Positions 38,245 through 52,696 of a stretch of DNA of 64,000 bases are shown piece by piece. This DNA comes from Antedon mediterranea (lineage: Eukaryota > Animalia > Echinodermata), in assembly GCF_964355755.1 (NCBI RefSeq), contig NC_092673.1, positions 26,347,648 to 26,411,647 of the forward strand. The letters are read 5' to 3'. The translations under genes were made by a program, and so were the position numbers. The notes under the pieces were generated by a model. It was not told the DNA's origin. It worked only from the letters and a program-made list of their open reading frames with translations, and did not search any database. Position 1 is the first letter of the stretch; each line of letters opens with the position of its first letter.

Positions 38245-41057
38245 GAAATTTGACTTTCATTCTGTGAAGCAAGTACCATTACATTGCAAGAGAGTCAAGA
38301 AAGTTTGAAATAGAGTAAAATAATAAAGGGGAGTCCTAATATCTTATCTTGTGTGAAATCAAATAAGTACAGTTTGTATTGTATTGTTTCAAACATGTAC
38401 CAACCCAGTACCAAAGTAAAGCCTATTGTATGAATTACAAATGTGTGTGATAATATCATAACTTAAATAGATCAGGCATTAGGCTACGACCTCCAAGAGC
38501 AAATCTTTGTAGAACTAGAAAATCCTTCGTTGTAAATAGCATTCATTTTTAAATTCTAATGTAAGACGTTAATACAATTTTTAATAGTTTTACATTTTTA
38601 ACAGTATTTTTAACTTTTTATCTTGTATTTTTAATCTGTTATAATACTGCACGTTTTTTAAATTGTTGCAATATTGTTGTTTTAATCTACCAAGCAAAGT
38701 GAATTTCCATTTTTATGGACAAATAAAATTTCTTCTTGAATCTTGAATCCTGTTTTTAAATCGTTTATATCAGATTGGAAGAGTTAGCTCATGACCCTTT
38801 GAAAACCTAAAGCCATCTAAAAATAAACAACAATGCTGTTAAGTAAATAATATGTAAAAGTAAAGAGTCAGAGAGAAATGAAACTTAAATCTTTAATAAA
38901 CTACCGTGTAAAAAGTTATGATAGAGTTTGATGGTTTAATGCCATGTATATAGATATGTTTATTTTTATAAATGTATGCTATAATTTGTTCTTTAATAAA
39001 TTTGATTATGATTATAAAACAAACTCTGACAAAAATTGAGGCAAGTCATTATGATTTTATATTTCAAACTTAATTTGTTCATCTTCAGGTTTGGAATATT
39101 TTATTACATGAAGATGAAGAAACACGATGAAAATCACAATTACAATTTGAAATATTATTCATGATGGATTTCCTAGCCTTTTAGCATTTCATAATATCTT
39201 CAGATACATATTTCATTATATAATTGTAGTTTTAATATTAGAATATTTAACCTGTATTTGATTTTGTGAATGCCACAAAAACCAATAACATTTTGAGATA
39301 CAAGTTGCAGAAAACATTTTTCATAGATAATTTAGATATTTTGTAATCAAATGTTAAGTACTAATAATATAGACATTCCAATGCTGCAGAAGACATACAG
39401 TAAATGCAAACAATTTAAGACAGTTTAATATCGACCTGTACATAATTAAATAGAAATAAAATGTTTGTTTACTCAATCATAAATTTTATTTTCATAAATT
39501 TTAATTATCTATATATATATATTATGAATATGTTTTTAATAAATCTCTAAATAGTATATTGTTGTTGACCACTGGGCTATTTTATTTCTTAAAAATGCCA
39601 GCTATCACATCATATAGATGTATAAGTATAGGTATGGAAGGAAAAATGAATGATTTTTTACATTTAAAGTAACAACCGAATATGGAAAACTATACATTAG
39701 CCGAAAAATGGTTTTTCCAGTTTCAAAGTGTTTTTTTTTATTGTTTTTGCAATTTTTTATATTCTGGTGGGGGAAACAAGCAGGGCTTATCAACATACGT
39801 TCTGCAGTGAATTTTATATGGACTGCGAAGAACTATTGCTGAAAAAAATAAAAGAAATAGCTTACTGTGTTACGGTGTGTGAGCTAGACCAGGCTGTTAT
39901 GACTCTGCTTGATCTGACCCACAAGATTATTTTGATACCCCTGACATACTACAGTATGAATTTGAAAAGAAATTTTATTTTTTTTTAAACTACTCGTATT
40001 AAAAAACCTGTATATTAAATCAAATTATGTTTTAAAATTACAAATCACAAATTATAACTCTTACCTCTTGTACAAAAATGATGTTTTTTGGACAAGTAGT
40101 TCTTGAGAAAATGCAATTTCAGTTTACTTGTTACTTTAAGATTGTTCGCCGGCTTTTAAAAATTCTGTTCTATCTTTAAAATTATACTAAAAAGTGGTCC
40201 AGAATTGGTAGAGGTAAATAAAAGGTATCATTCACACAAACTAGGTTCCCAATAAAAAGCATTGCAAAGACATGCACACATAAGAGAGAAGATCCGTTTT
40301 GAGTATTCAGATTAAGATGGGAAAAAAAAGCAAACAAAAAAAATTGCCTAAAACGGTATAATATTACATTAGTTTTTTACATTATTTTTTGTTACCAATT
40401 AAGCCAGACTGTAGTTGTGTGTTTTAAGTTATACTTTATCATTCCAGTGGATGAAATAATTATTCAATAAATATTCAATGTACTGTAATATTAAAACTGG
40501 TCCTTTCAAAAACTGTTATTATTGACATTTATACACATCATCAAATGTAATGTTTATTTCTGGGAACCTAGGTGTTAATAAATGAAACGGAAAAAATATA
40601 TTCGGAATAAAAATGTGTTTATTGACAATCTATAAACATTAGCACCATGTCAATTAATATTTCTTATATTCGTCAAATAATAATTTCATTAATTCACACA
40701 AAAATCTCAAAGGGAGAAAAAGTTACAATTGCAACATTCGTTATTCAAAGTAAATGATTGTCTTTTCGTCATTACACCAAACACCATAGTATTATAAATT
40801 TTGTGATTTTTATTAATAACTATTTTCAATAAACACAAAAAGCAGAAAATACGATAATAATCTCAACTGAGTAGAAAAAGTTAAAATTCTATTGTTTAGT
40901 TTCTTACTCAACAAAGTAAGTGAGTAAGTCTTTTTGTACACCATAGTATTATCATGAATGTTGTGAATTTCATTAATAACTATTTTCAATAAACACAAAA
41001 AGCAGAAAATACGATAAAACTAATATAATAAGAGAGGCATCGTTTTATTGCAATTTT

Positions 41058-41217
41058 CCAAGCAAGACAATGACGTCACTGCGGAAAGGGGAATTCCCAT
41101 ACTCACCACCTTCACTTAACGCCTGAATAGTTGCATTGTGTGTTCACTTGTTGGGGTATGAAATGAAACGTACTAGAGTGTCGCCATTTTTAATTGGCTG
41201 CAATTCATCAATTTCAG
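41058..41217 (+). promoter_or_regulatory. Promoter and non-coding exon 1 of the tDED-LRR gene: CRE + NF-kB site + YY1-like motif
   Basis: TGACGTCA 41071-41078, GGGGAATTCCC 41088-41098 (same 9-bp spacing as at 11.7 kb), CGCCATTTT 41182-41190, donor at 41218. Confidence 0.7.
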
Positions 41218-42014
41218 GTATATGTATACTTTTATCACAAAGTTACCGTCTCTAAAAGTTTCTTTCCTCTATGACTAGTTAGTTGGGCCTAGTTAGTTAG
41301 ACTTCTTGTTTTAGTAGGCTGGGAGTGGTTGTGTTTCAGTTTTCTCAAACACAACCTGGTATTGAAATAATTTGTTTTCTTCCACATGGTGTGGCCCACT
41401 AACTAAAGTGTATACTGCTGAAGAAGACTTAATTCCAGCCTACCACCCGAACAATACACAACTAACTACTTAACCTGTAGACCAATTGGGCACTAATACA
41501 GTTGGAAATTATAGTAGGCCTAAATTCCAAAACTTCAACTTTCGCTGACAGTTTTTCCTAGGCATATATATGTCAAGCAAATTCTTAAAAGAGTGTATCC
41601 TTCATAATCTTTATCCTATACATCAATTTCTATATATTTCTATTAACTAAATTATTTTATTCTAAATAAGCCTATTCTTTAAGTTAGTTAAGGTGAAATC
41701 CATCTCGTTATTGTGAACTAGACTATATTTTCACCATCACATGAAAATCATTTCTATTACAGCAAAGTTTTAATTTGTATCAATTAGGCATGGAGTTGTA
41801 CAACTCCCTGAATTAAGTAAGTAAGCTAGTGATGCCCAACAAAGCATTTATACAGTCTAAGCATCCTACTGCAGGCCTAGTTATTCTTTATAATCTGAAG
41901 ATCAAATAATATGCCTACTGTAGTTTATGTCCAATACAAATAATGCAAAAAACATACAGGTACAGTAGGCCTAACAAGTTACTGTATTGTTTACTAGCAT
42001 AATCTTGCCATATG

Positions 42015-44095
42015 GGTCATTCTTCAGTAAGTGTCTAATTTCAGGTTTATAAAAAATCGATTTTAAAACTTGCATTTTTTAAATTTTAAAAGTTTATTCA
42101 GATAATGAACATGTATTACATGGCAAGCGTATGTTTGGCGCAATCTTTATTATATATTTCGTATTTTATTCATATTTATAAATACATGGTTCCATGTTGC
42201 TGTCATCTGTCACATTTATGGAATATACAAAGGTAGAAAAAATAACAGGTTAGGAATTATAACATCATTGATGTTTTACAAAATTCTGTTGAACTAATAT
42301 TACTAACCATTGACATAGTAGAAGAATATTGTTCGGCGAATCCGCAAAATGTCCATTTCGAGAAAATCGCGATTGTAAAAAAGGCACTTTTTGCACGGTC
42401 ATTTCTCGCAAGAAAAAAAGCGAATGTCCATTATTTTTGTGGTAATTATGTAAAAATATATCAAATGAATAATTTTAAAGTGTCCATAAAAAATATACTC
42501 ATTAATTAAAGAGTAATCACTTAATTAATACATTCGTCACTTCGTGTGAAGATTATTTGCCGCGTATCGCATAACTAAGCGATATTCGACGCATATTCGT
42601 CACTTTGTGTGAACAAGAATCTTACGCAATGACTATAAAATATGCGGTATTCGCCGTGATTGCGTGGTAATGAATAGGCAGTCCCACGTAAACATCTTAG
42701 ATAGGGCCCTAACGATAATAATATAAAGTAAACAAATTATTCTGTTAAAAATGCAAAAGAAAAATCACAAATCAGTTGCAAAATATAATTTATAGTAGCC
42801 TAACTGATGCACAAACATCATTTTAGCTATTGTAAATAATGCAAAAACGGAAACATGGTTCATTTAATTTAATTTAATTATTAATTTATACATTATTTGA
42901 TCTCTACATAAGGCAAGGCAATGTTAGATAGTTAGAATAAACGTTTTTAATTCAATATTCCCTTATTAGGCCCTACGGGAACAGTTAAAAAATAATTAAG
43001 ACAGTCCATTGTACAATACGACTTTTTCAGCATATTAGGCCTACAATCATTTAGCCATTCATGGCCAATATAGTATTTATTAAATAACATTAAATGGGTT
43101 AACTGCCTTTTCTAATATCCGTATTAAAAGGCTAATTTAAATTATTTACTAATTTAATGTGAGATACCGTAGCAATGTGGTCTTATTGTAGGGCATATCA
43201 CAGGATAATGTGCAGACTACCCTATATAGTATACGATAGTATTTAGTATAGCCATGCCCCAAAGATATTTGGTGACTCACTGATTATAATAATTATACTG
43301 TAACTATCTAATTTAAAAAGCAAAAACAAAAAATATAAATACTCTAACATCAAAATGTGTACACAGAAATGAAAGTTATTATCCTTAGTAGCATTACCCT
43401 TTAACAATAGAGGGGAAATTTGATGTTTCTTTTTAATAATCAGGTTATTTATTCTCTAAAAAATTAAATATTTCAAAATACTTAAGACTATTGATGTAGG
43501 CCTAATCGTTACCGTACCGTTTCGTGTATGTGTTGTCAGTGCCATAATGTAATGTTTTGCTAGTGCTCGAGTGAACGTACGAAAGAACAAACATCGAAAC
43601 GTTGCATTAAATTTCCTGAAATGTATTTATATAATTAGCTTACTAAATAATTTATCAATAACCACAAAAATCAGTTTTTACTGGGTAAAATACTGTTCAA
43701 TATTCTTTAATCTATGCTCAATCTAACTTCGCGGGACTGAAAATTGGCCATCAAATAAAGGAATGTTCCAGATATGCAATAAACCAATCAGATCACATGC
43801 AATTAGTGACGAATTGCATATTCGCCGTTTATTGAGGCGCGTAAACAGTGTGCGTGATGCGCGTTTTACTCACACGAAGTGACGAATCGATATTCGACGC
43901 TTCGTGTGACGAATGATTATAATATCACAATATATTCGCCAAATTATGATTTAAATAATTAATTATTGAAATAAGATACGCAGTTGATATTTGCATCAAT
44001 TGTTCTTTAGAATAAATACTTTCGAAATATACAAAAAAAAAATGTCGCGCCAAAATGACGATTTGCCGGTTCGTGTGACGAGTGACGAATTATAC
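42015..44095. mobile_element. Degenerate non-autonomous DNA-transposon remnant(s)
   Basis: Inverted clusters of attcgtcac / gtgacgaat at 42530-42610 and 43805-44090. Ends not resolved. Confidence 0.35.
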
Positions 44096-44169
44096 CACAT
44101 AATTGCGTTCATTACTGAAATAGGATTTAAAAGGATAAAATATCCATGTGACGGAGATGAAACCCGTAA

Positions 44170-47079
44170 CGGAGCTGTTAGTTACACAACAATACATTCT
44201 GTCTGCTCTTCTTTATCTTTGTTCATTGGAAAATGAATAAACACAGCTTAAATTTCTGTACATACAGAAGGCAGCCATGCAAGAATGGTTGTTAAAGTCG
44301 TATGATATCAGAAATTGTGTTGTCACTTTGCATAACAATAAACATCAATAGAAATGTACAGTACCACTGTTTAGAGTATAGTGTTTATACTGTAAAAATA
44401 CTGTTTTCACTTATAATAAAAAACAGTTAGATTTAACCAAAAACCCATTTACTTCCATCCAATAATTTTGTTTTCGATCCAATTTTTGGTCAAAGTGCAC
44501 TGTATGTGACATACTCAACAAAAATATTCTAAAAATACAATATATTTTTAATCTGATAACATTCCATAAGTAAACATTCTAAAACCGCCTAAACGTACCA
44601 GATTCGTCTGACAAGCCCCAGGCGCCGAGAGTTTGTCCCTGAGCTCTAGGTGCCCCTATGCTAAGTGGAGGAGTCTATCATGCAGTTCAGATCTTCCAGG
44701 TTGGTAACTATGTACTCGCAGCAAGTATTGTAGTATGTTATTTTTACTTGAGGTACCCGAGTCTAGGACTCACTCATCTTCTCCTCCATCCGGACACTAT
44801 TGAGTAAAAAGTGCGATTTATAAACTACTACTCCTCCCTTATTCGTTGTAGTATTGAGCTAAGATTTGGCATGAATATACTACAGGGACATGTCCTCAAA
44901 GTTATAGAGCCGGATTTTTAAATTTCAAACCGGATGCGCGCAGCCATATCACGTCTCGAAGATGGTACCGTATAGCCGTATTTGGTAGCGAGGTTATTGA
45001 TGTGTATGTGACATTACATCCGGTCTTATGACGTCATTACAGCTTCTTTTGCTGTACCCCGAGTATCGCACATTCGTGCTTGTTTTTTCTTTACGGCTGT
45101 TGCTGTCTTGGCTAGCAATAGTGTATTTCATGGCTTAGTTTTTTTTCAATAGACAATATACCGTAGAGCATTAATTATAAATGTATTTTTACTTTTGATA
45201 ATAGATTTAATTGTGCAACAGATATGTTCCAATAGGTTAATATTTTAGTTGGATTCAATTAAAAAAACATTTATTTAAACATTTTTTTGTTTTTAAAGTG
45301 CGGGAGCGGTACAATGTGAATTTGATGATAATCGGCCGTGGTTTTGATTTTGTTACGTCTAATTTCCTTTTACCTAGGCGATGGGTTCGATCAAGATTGC
45401 TTAGTTCAATACTGTCTGTAATTTTAGAGGCAATTAAATCAGTATCTTCTCTAGGTGATTCAGGCATACCATGCAAAAGTAGGCAGTTTCGTCGAATATA
45501 ATGTTCTAGGTCATCGAGGTGCGGTTTTCTGCTAGAAGATTTTTATTTTTGCAGCGAGTTTTATCAATATCGCCCACAGTTGAGTTTTCCAGGGTTACGC
45601 TGTTGTAAACAGAGTCTGAGTCTAAAATATTACTTATTGGAGATGCTGTGTAACTCAAAAGTACAGAATACAACAATAGGTGTTAGCTTATTATTTGGTT
45701 TCATATTCAAACTAGATGCTGTGTAAGTACTGAATACAACAATAGGGGTTAGCTTATTATCTGGTTTCATATTCAAGGCTACAATAGGGGTTAGCTTGTA
45801 TTTGGTTTCATATTCAAGCTAGATGCTGTGTAACTAAGTACTGAATACAACTATAGGGGTTAGCTTATTAGTTGGTTTCATATTCAAGCTAAATTCTTTG
45901 AAATTGTGTGAGGCCATAGGCTGGTGAATAATGCGAAAACCGGCCTGTAGAGTGCGCTGTCTATTATTATAATAGGCCTAATAACAATGTTCAATTTACT
46001 GTATTGTGTCTATTATTAGCATAAACCATTTGCTTTCAGTTTCTTTATAGAATTGATTGAATATGAATTAGCGCAGAGTTCAATTTTCGATTAAATAGCA
46101 TAGCACGCATGACAGATTTTATAACTAACAGAACGCAGTAAAAAGGGTGTTGGCACTTTGCATAACAATAAGCATATCATAGGCAACGCAAGTCTATTGA
46201 TGTATAGTAGCGTTATGTGCTAGGCCAGGTAGAAAAACAAGATGGCTTTAGACTAAACTTACTTCATACTAAACCTACTGTATGAGGCATTCCATAATAC
46301 TCTTTCAGGAAATATTTCAATCAATCAATCAAATCAATCAAAGTAACATTTATTTCTCTTGTCTTTCATAGAAAATAAAAATTAACAGTAAAAATTATTA
46401 AAATAAGAGGGGCAACATTCCTAAAAAGCAAAGCTTGTATAAGGCAGCCCATAGAAAATGAAAAAAAAAAACAGGACAACACGGGAACCGGAAACAGGAC
46501 AAAAACAGTAATGAAGACTTTTAGATTCAGGGTACCGAAAAGATTTGATATACTATAGATTCTGTGCAGGATAAAAAATGTTTACTTTCACAATTATTTA
46601 AAAACTGGCTATAAGCATTATTTTTTTAATAGAAAAATATATCTTTATCTCTCTAAAATGAGGCAGGAAGATTTGACAAATGTATTATTCTACACAATTT
46701 CACGTAAAAAGCAGGTAACAAAAAGCTTGATAGTCTAGTTACTATTAGTATTCTCAGTTATTAGCACACCAGCCCACTAAACTTAAGAAAGCGTGTATGA
46801 CAAACAGTGGCATCCGTTTCAACCTACCACAGTATAATATTGTTCTCCATGCTCTTAACTGCCAAATGTTTTTTTATATAAGCATGATTCTGAAAGAGTG
46901 CCCTGTTGATTGATATTTTAATTTATCAAACATTTAAAGAAATGCCAATTATAAATTATACAATTATAAAATATGTTTTGTCTTATTTAATTAAAGGCTA
47001 TAATAGAAAGAACTTCTGTATAATATGAATTCCATCTTTTTATTTTCAGAACTTCAGTGTAAACCAATACAAAAATAAG
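44170..47079 (+). repeat. Intron 1 / exon 2 block paralogous to 14467-20571 of the ROCO gene
   Basis: Collinear near-identical segments, including the conserved elements, LINE-ORF1 relic, minisatellite and the identical 30-nt exon 47050-47079. The two copies differ mainly by TE insertions. Confidence 0.9.
44742..45083. mobile_element. Helentron/Helitron-like insertion in a T-run
   Basis: Absent from the paralogous T-runs at ~5640 and ~16100. No TSD; 3' hairpin-like gcacattcgtgc followed by ttgtttt. Confidence 0.55.
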
Positions 47080-47333
47080 GTATTATTATTATTATCATTA
47101 TGTATGTATTAGCTTCCCTACAATTTGTCACGTTTTGTAAAAATAATACATATATATTACTTTAAAAACATTAAACCATGTCATTCCTTGTCTTAAATGT
47201 ACGTTTTATGGTAAATTATGATAAAAAGTGAGAAACAATGCACTACCTAAGTAGCTCGCGGCGATCGACCTCTCGTGGACGGTCTTAGGCTAGCCTAGCT
47301 AGGCTTAGTTTTGTAGGCCTAGCTGGTAAACAT

Positions 47334-49407
47334 GGTTCTAGGACACCTACCCCCTAGACAGTTACCCCCCGGATGTTTACCACCCGGACAACTACCCCCT
47401 TAGGACAACTATCCCCCGGACAATTACCCCCCGGAAAACTACCCCCTTAGGATAACTACCCCCCGGACAACTACCCCCTTAGGACAACTACCCCCTTAGG
47501 ACAACTACCCCCCGGTCAACTACCCCACCGGTCAACTACCCCACCGGTCAACTACCCCCCCCCCCCCAATCTAAAAGTAGACAAATATATAGGACCGGTT
47601 TCTGTAAAAATGAAATCATCTGTTTTTAACGGGTGTTTCGAAACTAGAGACCCGAGACCAGAGACCTGACACGACCCAATACGAAAAGGGAGACCTATAT
47701 TTGGGTCTCCCTTTTCGTATATTAGGGTCTCCCTTTTCGTTCTGGTCTCTTTTTTCGTATATTTGGGTCTCCCATTTCGTATATTTGGGTCTCCCTTTTC
47801 GTATATTTGGTCTCCCTTTTCGTATATTTAGGTCTCCCTTTTCGTATATTAGGGTCTCCCTTTTCGTATAGTGGGGTCTCCCTTTTCGTATAGTGGGGTC
47901 TCCCTTTTCGTACGTGGGTCTCCCTTTTCGTATATTTAGGTCTCCCTTTTCGTATTGGGTCTCGGGTCTCATGGTCTCTGGTCTCGGGTCTCTAGTTTCG
48001 AAACACCCGTTTTTAACCGATTATTCTGTTTAACAGCACGCTAGGCCCTAGATTTGCTAGATTTAAAGTACCGTATTTATTGAAAAAAACGGCCTGGGCT
48101 GTTTATTGTTTAGGTGGTTTTTAGGTGGACATTTATTGGAAGAAAGTTGTTTATTCAATGGGAGGGGGTATAATCTAATGGAAATAGACGCCGATTATTC
48201 CATATGATGTGTCATGAGAGTGACATGGTCACCGTTTATTTGAGGGGAATTTATTTAAAGATCGCCGTTTATTCGGTGAGTGAACATTGAGGTCAAATAT
48301 CAAAAGTGATATTATTCTTCAAGTGTACAAAAATACAAATGACAAATTTGAGACAAAAATTAATTCTTTTAAGACCAGTGGTTATCGAAGCATTGTCCTG
48401 ACGCAAAAATTATTATTATTATTAGCGAACCCAGTTTTTACAGTAAATACAGGGAGTACTATATAATACGTTCGACTATCCTATGATCATGTGACAATCT
48501 TCAGTTTATACCAGGCTATATTTATGTTCAATCTTTTACTTTTGTTTACAATAATGAATAGTAATTCGTCAAAGTAAGAATTAAAATATAGTTATTAATT
48601 CCTATTATACGCTGTTGCAGAGGTCAGGTTGTTGAATGGTCTGGGTGTTAGTTGTCCGTCCGGGGGGTAGTTGTTCTAAAGGGATAGTTTTCTGGGTGGT
48701 AGTTGTCCAGGGGTTAGTTGTCCTACGGAGGTAGTTGTCCTAAAAGATTATTTGCCCTCGGAGTATTGTCCAGGTCCAGGAGGTAGTTGTCCTACGGGGA
48801 GTATTGTGTCAGAGGCAGTTGTCCGCGGGGTAATAAGATTATGATAATATAATTTCTAATTTGATACGATTAACCAAAAAGGAATTACAGTGATACGGGT
48901 TACTGGTGGTACTGAGCTATTATTGTTTTTTTTTATCATGTATATAAATATATTGTATAATCCGGGTTGTAAAATGAAAACAAACAAATGAAATGTTGTC
49001 CAGGGGTTAGTTGTCCTACGGAGGTAGTTGTCCTAAAAGATTATTTGCCCTCGGAGTATTGTCCAGGAAGTAGTTGTCCTACGGGGAGTATTGTGTCAGA
49101 GGTAGTTGTCCGCGGGGTAATTACCCGGGGAGGAGGGGGTAATTGTCCGGGGGGTAATTGTCCGGGGGGTAATTGTTCCTAGGGGGTAATTGTCCGGGGG
49201 GTAGTTGTCCAGGGGGTAGTTGTCCTAAGGGGGTAGTTGTCCTAAGGGGGTAGTTGTCCTAAGGGGGTAGTTGTCCGGGGGGTATTTGTCCGGGGGGTAG
49301 TTGTCCTAAAGGGGTAGTTGTCCTAAGGGGGTAGTGGTCCAGGTGGTGGTTGTCCGGGGGGTAGTTTTCCGGGGGGTAAATGTCCAGGGGGTGAATATCC
49401 GGATACG
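47334..49407. mobile_element. Non-autonomous Mutator-like element with inverted ggacaactacccc subterminal arrays
   Basis: 9-bp TSD GGTAAACAT at 47325-47333 and 49408-49416. Arrays at 47340-47560 and 48990-49400. Confidence 0.9.
47631..48008. mobile_element. Nested MULE-like MITE with ~22-bp internal tandem repeats
   Basis: TIR GGGTGTTTCGAAACTAGAGACCCGAGACC / GGTCTCGGGTCTCTAGTTTCGAAACACCC; 9-bp TSD GTTTTTAAC. Confidence 0.92.
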
Positions 49408-50164
49408 GGTAAACATCGGTAACGTACGAACATCGTACGCTAGCTATATACCTAGCCTGACGTTGTATAGTTGCTGCATTAATTGTCTTTCTATTTTTGA
49501 TGTACGAATCACTAAATTTACAATTTGCATGTATTGGTAGGCGGCATAATTATTACACATATTAAAGTACACACAAAACAAAAACTACCATATTACATAA
49601 TAAAATGGTTGAGTCAATTCCACAATGTATCATTTGTTTCACGTTTCGTGAATGGTAGAATATAACAATAAAGATACGGACTAAATAACTCGTGTTACTC
49701 GGTAGCCATATTTATTCAGATCAAGACATAGCGCCCTCAGTCGGGGCACGATACTGTGACATCCTTCCTTTTTTATAATAAGTTACGGTGTGCGCTTTTA
49801 TGAATTTTTTTTTTATATACTTATTTGTTATTTAGTGTGATGAATATATTAAAATATAGTATATCAATTAGTATCAGTGTTACTGTTTAGACTTCATATC
49901 TCTTGTGAGTGAATTATTATAAATACAGTATTATCATGAGTAACTTTAACACGACTTTAACTTCTTTAACATAACATTTAACTTTAACTTCTTTATTGAT
50001 TAACTGTTGTGACCTCCTGCTGTTCAGTTGGTATTGTTGCATTATCATCTGCTGTTTCCATTGGTGTGTAGAGTTGAGTTGTATCAGGGGGTGATTCAGG
50101 TGTTTTCCTAATATGAACTCTGTTTCAACAGGTACCTGTTGGTGTGTCTATCTCATATGATCTT

Positions 50165-52696
50165 TCATCTAGTCTTTTTACAACTACTCCTTTTTTGCCA
50201 TTCTTTTTGACCTAATCGGTGTGGTTTTAGTCTTACCGTATCACCTTCAACCAGTTCTGGTAGGTCATGTGCATGTTTATTGTATTTAGATACTTGTTTC
50301 TCCTTGTTGGCTTTTATCTGTAGCTTGTCCAACTGTAGATACTCTTTTCCTCTGGGTGTTAGTAATGTGTCAGTCATTGGTAACATTGATCTTCTGCGTC
50401 TGTTGAAAAGTCTCTGTGTAGGACTAGTTCCTGTTCCTTGAGTAGGTGTGTTTCGAACTTCAAGTAATGCCATATATGGGTCAGTTTTGCTTTTCTTACA
50501 CTTCATCAACATAGTCTTTGCTGCTTTTACAGCTGCCTCTGCCTTACCATTAGCATTAGGATGATGTGGAGATGAGGTTTGATGTTGGAAATCCCAATTT
50601 GCACTGAAGTTTCTGAACTCTTGACTTGCAAATTGGGGGCCGTTATCCGAAATAACAATTTCAGGAATCCCGTTTCTCGCAAAGTGTTGCTTTACTTTCT
50701 TTATGACTGATTTAGTTGTTGTTTCAGTTAGTTTGTCAACTTCCCAAAATCCACTGTAGTAGTCCACTGTGGTCATGTAATCTACCTTATCAAGTGTGAA
50801 TAGGTCAATTCCAACTTTGTGGTAAGGATATTTGGCTTCAATAGGAATCATAGTTTCCTTTGTCTGTGCCTGTTGATATGTTTGACAAGCATCGCACATT
50901 TGTGTCATTTGTTTTATTTCATATGACATTCCGGGCCAAAAAATACATTCCCTTGCTCTTCTCAGCATACTATCTCCTCCAAGGTGGGAAACATGCAGAC
51001 GTTCCTTTATTGATTTTCGTGATGAGATAGGTACTACTACTCGTTCACCTTTGAATATAAGTCCATCATGCACTGCCAGTTCATCTCTGAATGAATAATA
51101 AGGCATAATCTGCGTTGGTACAAACTGTTTTTCATCTGGCCATCCTTGCATAATTATGGATTTCAGTATTTTTGTAGTTTCATCCATGTTTGTTTCTCTT
51201 TTAAGTTCATCAATTCGCTCTGGGCCAATACAAAGACCACCAACTGCATTTACTTGATCAAATTTGTCTACCTTGTCAGTATTTGGTAGATATGCCCTAG
51301 ATAAAGTGTCAGCGATATACATTTCTTTGCCTCTTGTGTATACGATCTTTGTATCGTACTGTAACAGTCTCATCAGCATGCCTTGCAGTCGCTTTGGAGC
51401 TTTGTGTAAAGGCTTTCTCACAATCATTTCAAGAGGTTTGTGATCACTGTTGATAATAGTCAAACGTCCAAATGTATACTGATGAAATCTCTCCATTGCA
51501 AAAACAATTGCGAGGCACTCCTTCTCTATTTGAGCATATCTTACTTCTGTAGCTGATAGAGATCTGCTAGCGTATGCAATTGGCTTTCCTTCTTGTAATA
51601 AAGCTGCTCCAAGTCCTGTGCTTGAGGCGTCACATTGTACTATTAACTCCTTCTTTGGATCATAATAGACTAGAATAGGAGTTTTAGTGATTAGTTGTTT
51701 CAAATTAAGCATTGCTTTATCTTGGTCATCTGACCAGTGCCACTGACAATCTTGATGAGTCAGTCGACGAAGTGGTTCAACAACAGTTGCTAGCTGAGGT
51801 AGGAACTTTGCTAGGTAATTTGTTAATCCTAGCATTCTACGAACACCTTCAACATCTGTTGGATTATCCATTTTGAGGATTGCTTCTAGCTTTTTCACGT
51901 CAGGTTTTAATCCATTAGCAGTTATGGTATGTCCCATGAAATCAATTGTGTCAGTATGAAATACACTCTTCTCTTTATTTAGTTGTATTCCAGCTTTCTG
52001 ACATTTTTCAAAAAGGTTTCTCAAACTTTTGTCATGTTTTTCAGTTGTATTACCATAGACAAGTATGTCATCTGCTACGCATGCTACTCCTTCTAACCCT
52101 GTCAATGATTCATTTAACTTCCTTTGGAAAATTTCTGAGCTCACTTTCAAACCAAAGGGTAATCTATTCCAGCGAAATCTTCCAAACGGACAGATGAACG
52201 TAGTCAGACGGCTGCTGTTTTCGTCCAATTCACAGTGCCAGTATCCATGTGACAGATCATAATCAACCTTGCTAAATACCTTTGCATTGGCTAGTTCTGG
52301 TAGAATATCCTCCATGGTTGGTAGTGGATATCTCTCACGCTGCAGAACTTCATTCAGCGGTCTCGGATCTACGCATATTCTTAGTTTACCATTTTTTTTG
52401 GTTTGTATAGATATCTGTAAACACCAGTCTGTTGGTTCAGATACTGGCGTTATAACACCTTCTGTTAGTAGTTTGTCTAGTTCCTCTTTTAACTTGGGCT
52501 TCACGGATATAGGTACTCTTCGAGCTGGACATTGCGTTCCTTTTGAGTGCTCGGCAATCTTTATACAAACTTTTCCTGGTAGATGTCCCAGTTTACCATT
52601 AAAAACTGTTTTGTAGTCTTCAAGGATCTTGGATGTTGTCTGTGTGACACTATGTAATTGCTTGAAGTTACTGTAGTTTACCGTGATCAGTTTCAT
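50165..52696 (-). CDS. pol: Gypsy pol: RT, RNase H, integrase
   Basis: LRICVDPRPLN, LPFGL, VADD, CDAS, ELAV...HVSHLG...CDAC, GIDLF, SDNG, AEAAV. Separated from gag/PR by an extra A in an A7 run near 52696-52702. Confidence 0.92.
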   Translation of the reverse strand: MKLITVNYSNFKQLHSVTQTTSKILEDYKTVFNGKLGHLPGKVCIKIAEHSKGTQCPARRVPISVKPKLKEELDKLLTEGVITPVSEPTDWCLQISIQTKKNGKLRICVDPRPLNEVLQRERYPLPTMEDILPELANAKVFSKVDYDLSHGYWHCELDENSSRLTTFICPFGRFRWNRLPFGLKVSSEIFQRKLNESLTGLEGVACVADDILVYGNTTEKHDKSLRNLFEKCQKAGIQLNKEKSVFHTDTIDFMGHTITANGLKPDVKKLEAILKMDNPTDVEGVRRMLGLTNYLAKFLPQLATVVEPLRRLTHQDCQWHWSDDQDKAMLNLKQLITKTPILVYYDPKKELIVQCDASSTGLGAALLQEGKPIAYASRSLSATEVRYAQIEKECLAIVFAMERFHQYTFGRLTIINSDHKPLEMIVRKPLHKAPKRLQGMLMRLLQYDTKIVYTRGKEMYIADTLSRAYLPNTDKVDKFDQVNAVGGLCIGPERIDELKRETNMDETTKILKSIIMQGWPDEKQFVPTQIMPYYSFRDELAVHDGLIFKGERVVVPISSRKSIKERLHVSHLGGDSMLRRARECIFWPGMSYEIKQMTQMCDACQTYQQAQTKETMIPIEAKYPYHKVGIDLFTLDKVDYMTTVDYYSGFWEVDKLTETTTKSVIKKVKQHFARNGIPEIVISDNGPQFASQEFRNFSANWDFQHQTSSPHHPNANGKAEAAVKAAKTMLMKCKKSKTDPYMALLEVRNTPTQGTGTSPTQRLFNRRRRSMLPMTDTLLTPRGKEYLQLDKLQIKANKEKQVSKYNKHAHDLPELVEGDTVRLKPHRLGQKEWQKRSSCKKTR

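Noticed and set aside
45255-45501. Independent small gene
   Set aside because: A decayed LINE ORF1 relic present in three paralogous intron copies with different disruptions.
47616-49540. Repeat-rich ORFs (EKGD/RKGRP, GGNCPG)
   Set aside because: Translations of transposon subterminal arrays.
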